64,000 bases of DNA from Rhynchopus sp. YZ270_cl-10 (Eukaryota): assembly GCA_964035575.1 (NCBI GenBank), contig OZ037836.1, positions 1,116,001 through 1,180,000 of the forward strand. Direction: 5' to 3'. A model generated the notes under the pieces. The model saw only the letters and a list, made by a program, of their open reading frames with translations, was not told where the DNA came from and did no database searches. The first letter of the stretch is position 1. The number at the start of each line of letters is the position of its first letter. This document shows, piece by piece, positions 12,042 to 24,380 of this stretch. A program made the position numbers and the translations under genes.

Positions 12042-13025
12042 TCATTGTGCGTGTCGACGTCGCTTCTGGCTTTGCTCGGGGGATTCGTCTCTGCTTCGTT
12101 TCGGACGTGCTTCAACCACAAGCTTCCTCAGCTTGCCGTTCCTCACTTCGTTAGACACAACACTGCTGCAGCCGGAAAGGTAAATGCTCGTCAACGAAGT
12201 GCAGCGCGTAGCAAAATACGTACTTCCAAAATGTACAGTCATATGCGTCACATTGCTGAGTGGAGATAAATCCAGGGTCGTTAAGCTGCTGCAGTTCTGT
12301 AGGAACCACGCACCAACCTTTGTCACGTTGCTGAATGGTGACAAATCCAGGGATGTTAAGCTTGTGCAGTTCCGAAGGAAGTACACATCAACCTGCGTCA
12401 CATTGCTGAGTGCTGATAAATCGACGTTGGTTAAGCTGCTGCATCCGCAAAGAAAGCTATGATGAATCCGCGTCACATTGCTGAATGGTGATATATCCAG
12501 GGTTGTTAAGCTCCTGCAGTTCTCAAGGAAGCTGTGACCAACCTGCGTAACATTGCTCAACCCAGAGAGGTCGATACTTGTCAACGAGGTGCAGTGGGAC
12601 AGGAACCTGTCTCCAATGTGAGTCACAATGGACTCAGCACTGAGATCAAGTCTCGTCAACGAAGTGCCTGACAAGAAGTCATTCGGAATGACAGTCGCAA
12701 CCTCCGCCTGCAGAAGCAAACACGCCACCTCAGGATCCTTCACACTCTTCAACTTCTCGGCTGTGATGTCGGTCACACCCAACGCATGAAGCTCTGCAAT
12801 GGCTTCTTGCTTCTTCGTCTTCGTGAGGATGATTGTGTCACCAGCACTCAGCTGCGTCATGTCCGCTCCTTCTCCCATCGCTTCGCCTCCGAAACTCATG
12901 CAAAAGCTGTCTTCAGGCAACCCCATTGCAGTCGCCACCTTCCGCCGCAAGCCCTCCACTGTGTCATCTGCACCCACCTCGACTGTGTGCTGATTCGCTC
13001 TGAAATCCTCGAAGTGCACGTCCAT
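12042..13025 (-). CDS. Ubiquitin-like domain + 6 LRRs (BspA-like, 25 aa) + C-terminal bipartite NLS (copy 1)
   Basis: N-terminus HTVEVGADDTVEGLRRKV...FGGEAM is Ubl-like; LTxLDLSxLSNVTxVGxxFLxxCxS repeats; tail RPKR...KRRR. Start chosen by homology to the paralogs. Confidence 0.9.
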   Translation of the reverse strand: MDVHFEDFRANQHTVEVGADDTVEGLRRKVATAMGLPEDSFCMSFGGEAMGEGADMTQLSAGDTIILTKTKKQEAIAELHALGVTDITAEKLKSVKDPEVACLLLQAEVATVIPNDFLSGTSLTRLDLSAESIVTHIGDRFLSHCTSLTSIDLSGLSNVTQVGHSFLENCRSLTTLDISPFSNVTRIHHSFLCGCSSLTNVDLSALSNVTQVDVYFLRNCTSLTSLDLSPFSNVTKVGAWFLQNCSSLTTLDLSPLSNVTHMTVHFGSTYFATRCTSLTSIYLSGCSSVVSNEVRNGKLRKLVVEARPKRSRDESPEQSQKRRRHAQ

Positions 13026-15998
13026 TTGTTTGTTGTGGTTTTGTGTTCTGATCTCTGTGTGTGGTGGTGGGGTGTGGAGGACAACAAGCCTCAGTCCTTT
13101 TTCAAGAACCTTGCCAAAAACTGTCTGGAGAAGGGTCCCTCTCCCCGACCCACAACCCACAACCCCCGACTTCAGATCTCTCACCTCTCCACCCCCTCTC
13201 CCTGAACCAGCGCCCTTCACAGACGTTCCCTCCTCACGAAAGCAAACCCACCTTCCCCTGCCCCTCTCACGCACCTTTACCTGCCCCGTTCTGCAGAAGA
13301 AACCCGCACAGCCTCCACGCTGTCTCCACCCACCCCACGCAAGGAAGAACGCGTAGGGTCCGGTTGGGGTCCTCTGCCCGTTTCGCAGTGTGGAGAGGCT
13401 AGTAGAGGAGCACACACTCTGCATCGCTAAGTTGGGCGGAGGACCTAAACTTGACTTGAAATACAGTGTCCCTTTGGTGCATAACTTGAAACCATGCAGT
13501 CCTACATCCATTTCGTGGCTTATATCCTAAAAAAGGGGTCTTGTGGGGTGATATCCTTTTTTCCTTTTTCAAATGAAAACTTGGTTGTTTAGTTTTGACA
13601 CCCGAGGATGTGCTCCACTATACAACCCTTTTTTTTGTTTTCTCGTCTCGAAACCTTTTGGGTGATGCGAGTACAGCATATAAAGTGGGAGTGATAGTGT
13701 GAACAACACCACTGGGATGTTGAACAACAGATATCATATCTTTCCACCAAAAATCTGTGAAAGAAACTAGAAAAGGGGGAGGGGGGAGGGAGGGGAAAGG
13801 TGAAGTTGATAGTGCAAGACAACACCCTAGGTATGACCTAGGAACTGAAGTCCCAAAGAAGGGGCTCTCGGAGCCCTCTCTCTCGGAGTGAAAAATAATA
13901 AAAAAAAAGAATCAAATGAAACCTGAATTATACAACGTGACAGTGTACCTTGGTACAATGACCAGGCTGTACCAGGGGTACACCCAACCGTGGTTTACCT
14001 ATCTGATAAAAAAAGAGGAAAAAAAAAATGAAACTTGGAATGCAAAGCTTGGGACTGTGTTCCTAAAGAAAGAGGAAGATGGCATTAGGATGAACCTAAG
14101 CTGTTGTGCTTTATCACTAAAAACTAAAAACAAAAAAGCAAAAAAGCAAAACAAAAACAAAAACGCAAAAAAAAAAAAAAAAGCAAAGACAATAGAAAGC
14201 TATCGCGAGGGGAAAGGGTGGGGGGTGGCTAAACAAAGTAGCTGGAAAGTGTCACTTCGTCGTTCCCTCACCCTTTCTTGTAGTTGTTTTGATGCGTTGA
14301 CGCTTCCACACACACTATCTCTCACCTGTTGGGTGGTGTTGCGGTGCACGGTTGGGTGAACGACGTTGACACTTTCCGCTCACAAAAGTACTGTGCGTTA
14401 TAATTTTTTTTAAAAAAAGGGGAAATGGTTGGTTCTCTGGTATGCTCTGATTTTATGTGTGTGTTTTTTTTTTTGCCGAAGAAAGGCATTTTTTGCTTTA
14501 TTTTTAAAACAATCGGGAAAAAAAAAAAAAAAAAACACAACAACAAAACAAAAAGACAAAGCCATTGCAGGGAGGCGAGGTGATGGGGTGGGTCAATGAA
14601 AACAGTACCTAGCACGGACACTAAATGGGGTAAGGATGGGATGGGCAGGGGAATGGGGTACAGAGAACAAAAAAAAGGACAAATATTTTTTTTTCTGATG
14701 TTTTGATTTTAGACTGCTATCATAATAGCAGCCACGATGTTGAGAGGGTGTAAAGCGCAAAAAAAAAATTTAAGTTGTTATAGACAACAAAAGGTGTTGC
14801 CAGTTTTCAATGAGAGTTGCTATTTTTTTGCAGGGAAGGGGCGAGTAAAAAAAAATTCCTCCATTGAAGTATAGCAAGAACGTCCCACAACTATGAAAAG
14901 CGCAAAAAAGAAAAGGAAAAAAGAAAAAAAAAAAAAGAGAGAGAGAAAAGCACGCGTGAGCCTAAAAGCTATTTACTATTTAGGTTTTCAGAATAAAAAA
15001 AGAATTTACCTGTTTTTATAAAGGGGGAAGGTAAAATAAATTTACCTGTTTTTATATACGGGAAAAATAGGGGGGCAGGAAAAAAATACCTGCTTTTTTA
15101 TGAGAGGAATTTCAATCTTTGAGTGGCTCTGTGGTGTAAAAGCTGCATTTTTACACTGTACCCTAATTTTTTTTCGCCTGCGGCGCCATCAATATTATTT
15201 TTTTGCTCCGCAAAAAAATAGAGTTCCGAATATCTTCGCCTGCATTTTGCAGCCGAAAAATACAACTTTGACCAAAGCTGCAAAAAGGTCGGCGCACGTA
15301 GCGCGCCCGGGTTTGGGACCTTTTTGCATTTGGAGGGGGTGGTGGCCCAGAATCATAGTTACATTTTACCCTGTGAAGCAACTCACTGGTGGTAATGGCC
15401 AAAAATTGTATCAACCATGAACTTGTCCATTTTTTTCGAAATAACCCGCTACAGTGAGGTGAATGCTCGCAAAACCCTCTACAACCCGTCGGTAGATATA
15501 CAACCCCTACCCCCGCCAGAGGACAAATCCCCACAAAAACATAATGCCAAAAGTTACTGCAAACTAGATACTTGGCACTTCCCGAAAATTTAAGTGATGA
15601 AAAATTTGGCCATTTTTTTAAAGTGACCCCAACACAGGCTGGGATTGGCCCAAAAATGCAAGAAACACCGCTTTTGGGTGGTACCCTGCCTCGAAAATGT
15701 GAAAAATGGGAAAACCACAAGGTAATAAAAACAGGTAAATTTGTCTATTTAGGTTACTAGTAAGGAAAATCTGGAAAATAGGTACTATTTAGCCGCATGC
15801 GTGGAGAAAAGGTTCTAATATGCACCATCTTTCTTTTTATGGCGTATGTTCCACCTGATTTTGCCCCAAAAAAAAAACCGGCTTTTGGCCCTATCCGGTC
15901 TATCCTTGCCCTATCCGGCCATATCCGGGCCTATCCGGACCTATCCTGACCTATCCGCGCCTATCCGCGGGGTCGAAAAATCAGAAAAAAACTATTTT

Positions 15999-16235
15999 TG
16001 TACTGTGTACTGTGTACTGTGTACTGTGTACTGTGTACTGTGTACTGTGTACTGTGTACTGTGTACTGTGTACTGTGTACTGTGTACTGTGTACTGTGTA
16101 CTGTGTACTGTGTACTGTGTACTGTGTACTGTGTACTGTGTACTGTGTACTGTGTACTGTGTACTGTGTACTGTGTACTGTGTACTGTGTACTGTGTACT
16201 GTGTACTGTGTACTGTGTACTGTGTACTGTGTACT
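15999..16235. repeat. (TGTACTG)n satellite, ~34 units
   Basis: Perfect 7-mer tandem array. Confidence 0.98.
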
Positions 16236-16964
16236 CCTTGTAGGGTTTTGTTGCCTTTTGGCACATGAATTTTGCGCCCAGTGTTGTGTTCACTGCTCTG
16301 AAGGTGCTGGCTCTCATCTACCGATGCATGGGTAAGTGACACAGCGTCTGACCCGCCATCTGTAATCTTCTGGTTTCAACACTGCCTTTCAGTTCCGCAT
16401 GCTGCATTCGCAGCGTCCCGAGCGTCTCACAACCTCTTATTATTCTTTGCCTGAGAAGGATGTGTTTGGACTCACTCAAACCCCGTTCATCACTCTTGTG
16501 CCAAAGAAAACATCGGACAAACAGTACAAGTTCACGAGCAAAGGGGTGGACCCCTCCCTCTGCGCGTATCGCACTAACGTAGCGAAGAAGATCCAGAGGT
16601 GTGCAGAACGTGATGCGGTCTATTTTCCGACAAAAAAGACGAAGGATAGTGCGCGTGACCAGTTGTTCAATGGTGTGCTAATTTCGTCGCAAGATTTTGC
16701 ACTGGAAGTTGAAGAACACTGCAAATGGTTCAACACAGATGAGGTTCGTCTCACAGTATTGATGTGCTCCACAACGGAAAGCCCTATCAAATATGAGAAG
16801 AGTGCTGAAGGACTCTGGGGGCATGCGGATGACAAACGATCATCTGCGGGGTGGAACAGCAGCCCGAAACTTCCACAGCCCAATCCGACTTCCTCTTCCA
16901 ACCCTTTGTCTTGGAGTTTGCGAAGAAGATTGCTGCCGAGAATGAAACAGATCTCTAACGTAGC

Positions 16965-17736
16965 TACCCAGTACCCAGTACCCAGTACCCAGTACCCAGT
17001 ACCCAGTACCCAGTACCCAGTACCCAGTACCCAGTACCCAGTACCCAGTACCCAGTACCCAGTACCCAGTACCCAGTACCCAGTACCCAGTACCCAGTAC
17101 CCAGTACCCAGTACCCAGTACCCAGTACCCAGTACCCAGTACCCAGTACCCAGTACCCAGTACCCAGTACCCAGTACCCAGTACCCAGTACCCAGTACCC
17201 AGTACCCAGTACCCAGTACCCAGTACCCAGTACCCAGTACCCAGTACCCAGTACCCAGTACCCAGTACCCAGTACCCAGTACCCAGTACCCAGTACCCAG
17301 TACCCAGTACCCAGTACCCAGTACCCAGTACCCAGTACCCAGTACCCAGTACCCAGTACCCAGTACCCAGTACCCAGTACCCAGTACCCAGTACCCAGTA
17401 CCCAGTACCCAGTACCCAGTACCCAGTACCCAGTACCCAGTACCCAGTACCCAGTACCCAGTACCCAGTACCCAGTACCCAGTACCCAGTACCCAGTACC
17501 CAGTACCCAGTACCCAGTACCCAGTACCCAGTACCCAGTACCCAGTACCCAGTACCCAGTACCCAGTACCCAGTACCCAGTACCCAGTACCCAGTACCCA
17601 GTACCCAGTACCCAGTACCCAGTACCCAGTACCCAGTACCCAGTACCCAGTACCCAGTACCCAGTACCCAGTACCCAGTACCCAGTACCCAGTACCCAGT
17701 ACCCAGTACCCAGTACCCAGTACCCAGTACCCAGTA
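16965..17736. repeat. (ACCCAGT)n satellite, ~110 units
   Basis: Perfect 7-mer tandem array. Confidence 0.98.
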
Positions 17737-19519
17737 TGGGAAAAATACGTGGGGTTTGGCCTGTACGGTCCTATCCGGCCATATCCGGGCCTATCCGGAC
17801 CTATCCGCGCCTATCCGGACCTATCCGGGCCTATCCGCGGGGTAAAAATCAGGTGGATGTTATGCAAAACGTAGAAAAGAAAAGTAAAATGCTGGTAAAA
17901 GGGAAAAGGAAAAAAAAAGAAAAAGAAAAAAGAAAAAGAAAAGGGTCTAAGACGCACCCAAGCCTCTGATGTTTGCTTAGTTGCCACCTTCACATTTTTT
18001 TGGTTTTGCTAATCTGTAATTTTTTTTTTTGTATAGTATTTCACTGTAGTACTTTGTAAGTTGAGAGGTAGGTGCGCTTCTTTGTTGCGACTAACTCCTG
18101 TTAAAGCCTCACTACAAGGATAAAAAAATGTTTAAAAAAGGAATATTTTTCAAAAAAAAAATATTTTGATGTCGTTAGCAAACGGGTTAAGATGAAAGGT
18201 CTGGTTTCGGCAGTCTGCTCCAATCTATGGGGGGGTGGGGTGGATACCTGGGTGCATACGACGGTTAAGTAAATAACTTGACTTGTGGTTTCACCGTTGG
18301 TTTACAACGGTGAAACCACAAAATAAAACTACACGACAAGTCATTTACTTCACCGTCGTGCAGACACCTCCAAGGCGTATGCAGCATGTATGTTGATAAT
18401 ACTATGATGTCAAAAGCTATCTTCACCCACACAGGAAAAGAAGAAAAAAAAAAACGGAAATTGAAACCGCACTCCTACTTTTTCCTTTTGTTTCCCCATC
18501 CCCCGCAAACAATGAAGCAATAAAAAACAATAAAGACAAAAGGGAGAGGTTGTGGTGAAACGCACACACCTCGACCTGTCGGTGAAATGTGGCTCTACTC
18601 CAACCCGCCCCAGAATAGAAAAAAGGAAGGTAGGGGTACGGTGTTCAATTTCCTTTTTAGCATTGCATGGAATCAGAGAAAGGAACAAAGGGGGGAGGGT
18701 TTGTTAGTGGTACGTACCTGCTAGATGAATGTAAATATGTAGACACCCAAAGTGGATGCAGATGTAAACCCCCTCCGGACATTATTTACTAAATTGGGAG
18801 TAAATAATAAACGGTTTTACATTATTAAAACCGTTTATTTTTTACAATATAAATTAGTGAATAATTAGCGGGATAGTAAATAATACCCGTGAAGTAAATC
18901 ATAAGTGGAGGCAAATAATATCTGTGGAGGGGGCTTATCTTGAAGTACAAAGCACTCTTGTGACAGTGGACAAAAATAAAATAAAGAAAATAAAGAAATG
19001 GGGTGAAGATTGAAAATACTAAAAATAAAATAAAAAATAAAAACACAAAAATATTGGGTGATCTATGATTGTCTCCGTGAGACACGTAACAGGCTGTGAG
19101 AGCTTGTGAGAGTGTGTGAGAGCCTGTGACTTGTGAGAGCTTGTGGGGGTCTCTTTAGGATAAAATATGGGGGGAAAGGTCTTGTTTGGTTAATAGCGCC
19201 GAAAAAACGGCAGCGAGGTATGTGGTCATGAGGGCGAGACTGGGGAAACACAACACAAAAAATACTGATGAAGGTGGTGGTGAGATTTCCCCGTAACGTC
19301 CTCAACCAACCTTGCCGAAGCAAGTGGTAAGCAATAACGACAAAAGGGCACGTAGCAATAGATAAATGGTACACGCAAAAAAAAAATAGGGGTAAGTAGG
19401 CTAGTACCCAAGTTTCTAGTACCCATTTAGGATAATACCCAGTGGGTATTATCCTAAATTATTTGGGTATTATCCTAAATTAATTTGGGTATTATCCTAA
19501 ATTATTTTTGGGTACTGGG

Positions 19520-19642
19520 TACCCAGGTACCCAGGTACCCAGGTACCCAGGTACCCAGGTACCCAGGTACCCAGGTACCCAGGTACCCAGGTACCCAGGT
19601 ACCCAGGTACCCAGGTACCCAGGTACCCAGGTACCCAGGTAC
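19520..19642. repeat. (ACCCAGGT)n satellite, ~15 units
   Basis: Perfect 8-mer array. Confidence 0.97.
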
Positions 19643-21147
19643 CGGCACACTGGTGTACAAGGAAAAAAGTCGTGAAAGAGCAACCACAGCTCCACATGAC
19701 AAACACAAAAGTGTCCAGTCACGTGGGGCATTCATGCACTGAGGAGATAATGTTCCAACAATTTACAAGAAAGATTACTTAACCTACTGCTGGAAGTTGC
19801 CAGGTCGTAGTAACACACAAAGTGTGCCTCCGTTCGGGAAGACCGGATATTCTAGAGACCAAAAAGGCCTCAAGAATATCTTCCGGTTGTCAAGGTATAA
19901 CCGAGTGAACGGCCCAAGACCCCCGTGGAGAAGTTAAATGTTGTAATGCTATCAAGTAGAAACTGCGACCACTGTCTTACCCTCCTCAATGCATGGTGGT
20001 TGATGTCTTCCACAACAAATTTCCTGTACCCAGGTACCCAAATTCCCAGACCCACGCAGTGGCACATGACCGCCAAGTGTGAGTGACCCACACATGAGGG
20101 AATGCGACACTACGCAAAATTTACCACCAGACCCTGTCTTCGTGCACCTGAAGTACAACGCCGCAGACAGGCCAAACATGCGTTGGACTCAGAGGAATGC
20201 CCGCTGTGCAGGTATCAAACATGAGAACAACTCCCAGCAACAAGGGGCGCCTTTTGGCGGGCGTTGTTGAGGGTGTTTGGGGTGCAAAGTTTTCCACAAT
20301 TTTGATGCGCGGGTACAGAAGTGTTATCTTGTTCTTTCATCTCTAGGAAATGTAAATGTCAATCGCGTTTAACTACCACTAGGGCTTGTTCAGTGAACCC
20401 ACAAGGGGTCGAAGGGGGTTGGTTATCCCGTATCTATCAAAGGTTGTGTCGACCAGGCTAAACCACTATGTTACGCTGTACGTTGTTAAATCCGAAGAAA
20501 TAACACTTTAGCAGCCGCAGGAAGTTTGCTAAAAAGAGTGCCTCACGCTACACAAACCACCACCCGCGATTGACTTAGATGTTATAACAAAGAGAATTCA
20601 GAACAAAACAACACCCTGCCCCATACACACTAAATTGTCATGCTTCAAGAGCATGCCTGGGCCAAAATTACTCGACAAAAAAGGCAACAAGACCACCCAC
20701 AAGGAGTGTGAAATGTGCACTGGTTTTCTGGGGGAACGCAATATTTTCTTGTGCCTCGTCCTCCGCAAGCAGAGGACAGACTTTCCGGAAGGTTTCCAAA
20801 GTCGAATTTCTTGCACTAGCTATGCTCCCTGGGTTAATGGCAATAGCAGTGACTGACAGAGTGTTCCCACCCCCCTTTCCACCCCATATGTTCGCTCGTT
20901 CTGCACAGTTGGTTCTCGATGTTGCACTCGCGATACCTGTTTAAAGTGAAGTTGTGAGTGGTGGGGAATTTAAAGAAGGTGATTTCTTTAAAAAATAAGT
21001 TGGCCTGAGGGTGTAAAATATTGTTCTGGAGACTTTTTGGAGGAAATACGAGTCGACGGCCTTACTTTGTTGAATATTCACCATAAAGTTAACATATTTA
21101 CATACCTTGTCTTGCGCCTTCGCTGCTGTCAAGGTGCCTTCTCTTGG

Positions 21148-22433
21148 TACCCAGTACCCAGTACCCAGTACCCAGTACCCAGTACCCAGTACCCAGTACC
21201 CAGTACCCAGTACCCAGTACCCAGTACCCAGTACCCAGTACCCAGTACCCAGTACCCAGTACCCAGTACCCAGTACCCAGTACCCAGTACCCAGTACCCA
21301 GTACCCAGTACCCAGTACCCAGTACCCAGTACCCAGTACCCAGTACCCAGTACCCAGTACCCAGTACCCAGTACCCAGTACCCAGTACCCAGTACCCAGT
21401 ACCCAGTACCCAGTACCCAGTACCCAGTACCCAGTACCCAGTACCCAGTACCCAGTACCCAGTACCCAGTACCCAGTACCCAGTACCCAGTACCCAGTAC
21501 CCAGTACCCAGTACCCAGTACCCAGTACCCAGTACCCAGTACCCAGTACCCAGTACCCAGTACCCAGTACCCAGTACCCAGTACCCAGTACCCAGTACCC
21601 AGTACCCAGTACCCAGTACCCAGTACCCAGTACCCAGTACCCAGTACCCAGTACCCAGTACCCAGTACCCAGTACCCAGTACCCAGTACCCAGTACCCAG
21701 TACCCAGTACCCAGTACCCAGTACCCAGTACCCAGTACCCAGTACCCAGTACCCAGTACCCAGTACCCAGTACCCAGTACCCAGTACCCAGTACCCAGTA
21801 CCCAGTACCCAGTACCCAGTACCCAGTACCCAGTACCCAGTACCCAGTACCCAGTACCCAGTACCCAGTACCCAGTACCCAGTACCCAGTACCCAGTACC
21901 CAGTACCCAGTACCCAGTACCCAGTACCCAGTACCCAGTACCCAGTACCCAGTACCCAGTACCCAGTACCCAGTACCCAGTACCCAGTACCCAGTACCCA
22001 GTACCCAGTACCCAGTACCCAGTACCCAGTACCCAGTACCCAGTACCCAGTACCCAGTACCCAGTACCCAGTACCCAGTACCCAGTACCCAGTACCCAGT
22101 ACCCAGTACCCAGTACCCAGTACCCAGTACCCAGTACCCAGTACCCAGTACCCAGTACCCAGTACCCAGTACCCAGTACCCAGTACCCAGTACCCAGTAC
22201 CCAGTACCCAGTACCCAGTACCCAGTACCCAGTGCCCAGTACCCAGTACCCAGTACCCAGTACCCAGTACCCAGTACCCAGTACCCAGTACCCAGTACCC
22301 AGTACCCAGTACCCAGTACCCAGTACCCAGTACCCAGTACCCAGTACCCAGTACCCAGTACCCAGTACCCAGTACCCAGTACCCAGTACCCAGTACCCAG
22401 TACCCAGTACCCAGTACCCAGTACCCAGTACCC
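21148..22433. repeat. (ACCCAGT)n satellite, ~184 units
   Basis: 7-mer array with one visible variant near 22234. Confidence 0.98.
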
Positions 22434-24072
22434 ATAATACCCAAAATAATTTAGGATAATACCCAAATAATTTAGGATAATACCCACTGGGTATTATCCT
22501 AAATGGGTACAACAAACTTGGGCACTAAGTGACTTTTCCCAAAAAAATATACAAAGCGAAAAAAGGGGAGGGGGGAAAGACTTTCTTATTCGCGACATAT
22601 TTTATCCTAGAGACCCCCCTGGCGTAGCAAAGCTACTTAAACAAGTTTACAGTATGAGAGCTTGTGAGAGCTTGTGAGAGCCTGTGAGAGTTTGTGAGAG
22701 CTTGTGAGAGCTTGCTGAGAGCTAGTGAAAAATCTCTCCCCGTTCATAGATCACCCAAATATACAGTACAATACAATAACCAGGAACAGAAAATAATAAA
22801 ACAACAGCGGAGGGGGGGAGGAGGGATTTTGCTTTTGTTGGAAAAAAAAGTTGGAAAAAAAAATGTCTAAAATGATTGGGGCGGGACAGTACTGGGGGGC
22901 TAATAAAGTATACGGGGGGTAATAAAGTATACGGCGCGGAAACCCATTTTTTGAGCGTGGAAATCTGTGAAATAAAGTGTACGATTGTTTGTACTGCTAA
23001 AAATTTTGAACCCTGAGGCTGGCTTACCATCTTAGCGTGTACAGCGTTGCTCAGATCCACTTCGATCGGTTCGGAGTGGAAGTTCCTCAATTCTGCAGAG
23101 AAGACAAGCTGCGTTCAACGAAAAACACTTATTATCTTTCCTGAGTAATGTTCTAAAGATTAGTTGGTGCTCAGTCGAAGTCCTTCAATGCTGCCTCACA
23201 TTTTTTGTATGAGTGACATAGGAAATAACGTGTGTTTGGGAGAGGGTGAACCCTTTCCCTTACTGTGCGGGGAGGGGGGAGGTGCTCATTGGCGGGGACC
23301 AATGAAGTACAGATTTTTTTTGAAAGAGAGATGGAGTTGCCCACACGGTGAAAAGCAAATTGACTTGGCTTGTAGTTTTGCTTTTGTGGCTTTCGCCGTT
23401 GGCTAACGGTGAAACCAACAAAGAAAAACCACCATTTACTTCACCGTGATAAGATACCTCCTGAAGTAAATATAAGGGAACCCTTGTAAGGTGAACACGC
23501 CTCGAGTGTACACACGGTTGTCAGGTCCAGGTGGGAGAACAAAATTGGAAAATAAAATTGGGCGTTCATTGAGTTATCCCACCATGGTGTGGGCAACTGC
23601 TTCTCTCCCAGTGGGTGAGCTTAGGCACACCCACCCGATTGTTGCTCTCCCAATTTGCTCTGACACCTGGATCTGACAACTGTTGCATACCAGCTTTAAA
23701 ACTAATAAAAGAGAAGTTGAAAGTGAAAGCGCTTCGTCACAAAGAAAAGAATACCCTGAAAAATATACAGCGCGTGTGTTGCACCCACTCCACTGATACG
23801 GGACCAATGAAGTGCGGGAGGGAGGAGGAGGGGGGTTTAGTTATTGTTCTGTTTATTTTTCTTTTCTGTTTCACATAAAATTTGTTGTGATGTGGTATTT
23901 GCATGAAAGCAGAAGAGAAGAACAAATATTTCAGAGACAATCTCTTCTAATAGAAAAGATGGCATAGAGGCGAAATAAGTATGCTTGTTTTGAAAGAAAA
24001 AAGAAAAAAGAAAAAAGAAAAAAGAAAAAAGAAAAAAGAAAAAAGAAAAAAGAAAAAAGAAAAAAGAAAAAA

Positions 24073-24380
24073 GAGGTGATCCAGTCTCACGCTTTTTCAC
24101 ACATTTTCACTTGGTTTCACACATTTTCACATGGTTTCACGGTGTGAACAAGTGTGTACGAAAGTGAAAAAAAAACTGCTGCACGCACTCTGAGTGGATT
24201 CCTCCAGAAAAGAAATTTGGTGTTTTCACATGGTTTCACATGTTTTCACTTGGTTTCACACATTTTCACTTGATTTCACACATTTTCACCTTGGTTTCAC
24301 ACGTTTTCACTTGTTTTCACACATTTTCACGGTGTGGAAACGTGTGGAAACGTGTGGAAAAGTGTGCGCTGGATCACCTC
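24073..24380. mobile_element. Second copy of the GAGGTGATCCAG MITE, with a shorter minisatellite
   Basis: Same TIRs as 461-978; inserted in an (AAAAAAG)n tract. Confidence 0.8.

Larger units (their letters stand above)
15851..17856. mobile_element. TIR element with a 5-bp TSD, carrying two satellites and a coding-like fragment
   Basis: CCACCTGATTTT/AAAATCAGGTGG; ATGTT at 15846-15850 and 17857-17861; empty site GGCGTATGTTGTGCAAAACG at ~1490. Confidence 0.85.
19389..22540. mobile_element. Non-autonomous MULE-like element with a 9-bp TSD
   Basis: AAAAAAATA at 19380-19388 and 22541-22549; G/C-run termini; inverted GTACCCATTTAGGATAATACCCAGTGGGTATTATCCTAAATT. Confidence 0.85.

Noticed and set aside
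13026..13511. N-terminal extension of Ubl-LRR copy 1 (489-aa ORF)
   Set aside because: Not shared with the paralogs; low-complexity upstream sequence.
21148..22433. True telomere
   Set aside because: The array is internal and bounded by TIRs and a TSD; telomere identity cannot be supported from this window.
20941..22515. Long ORFs of PVPSTQY/GTGYWVL repeats (also 15846-16342 and 16965-17736)
   Set aside because: They are translations of stop-free 7-mer satellites, open in all frames.
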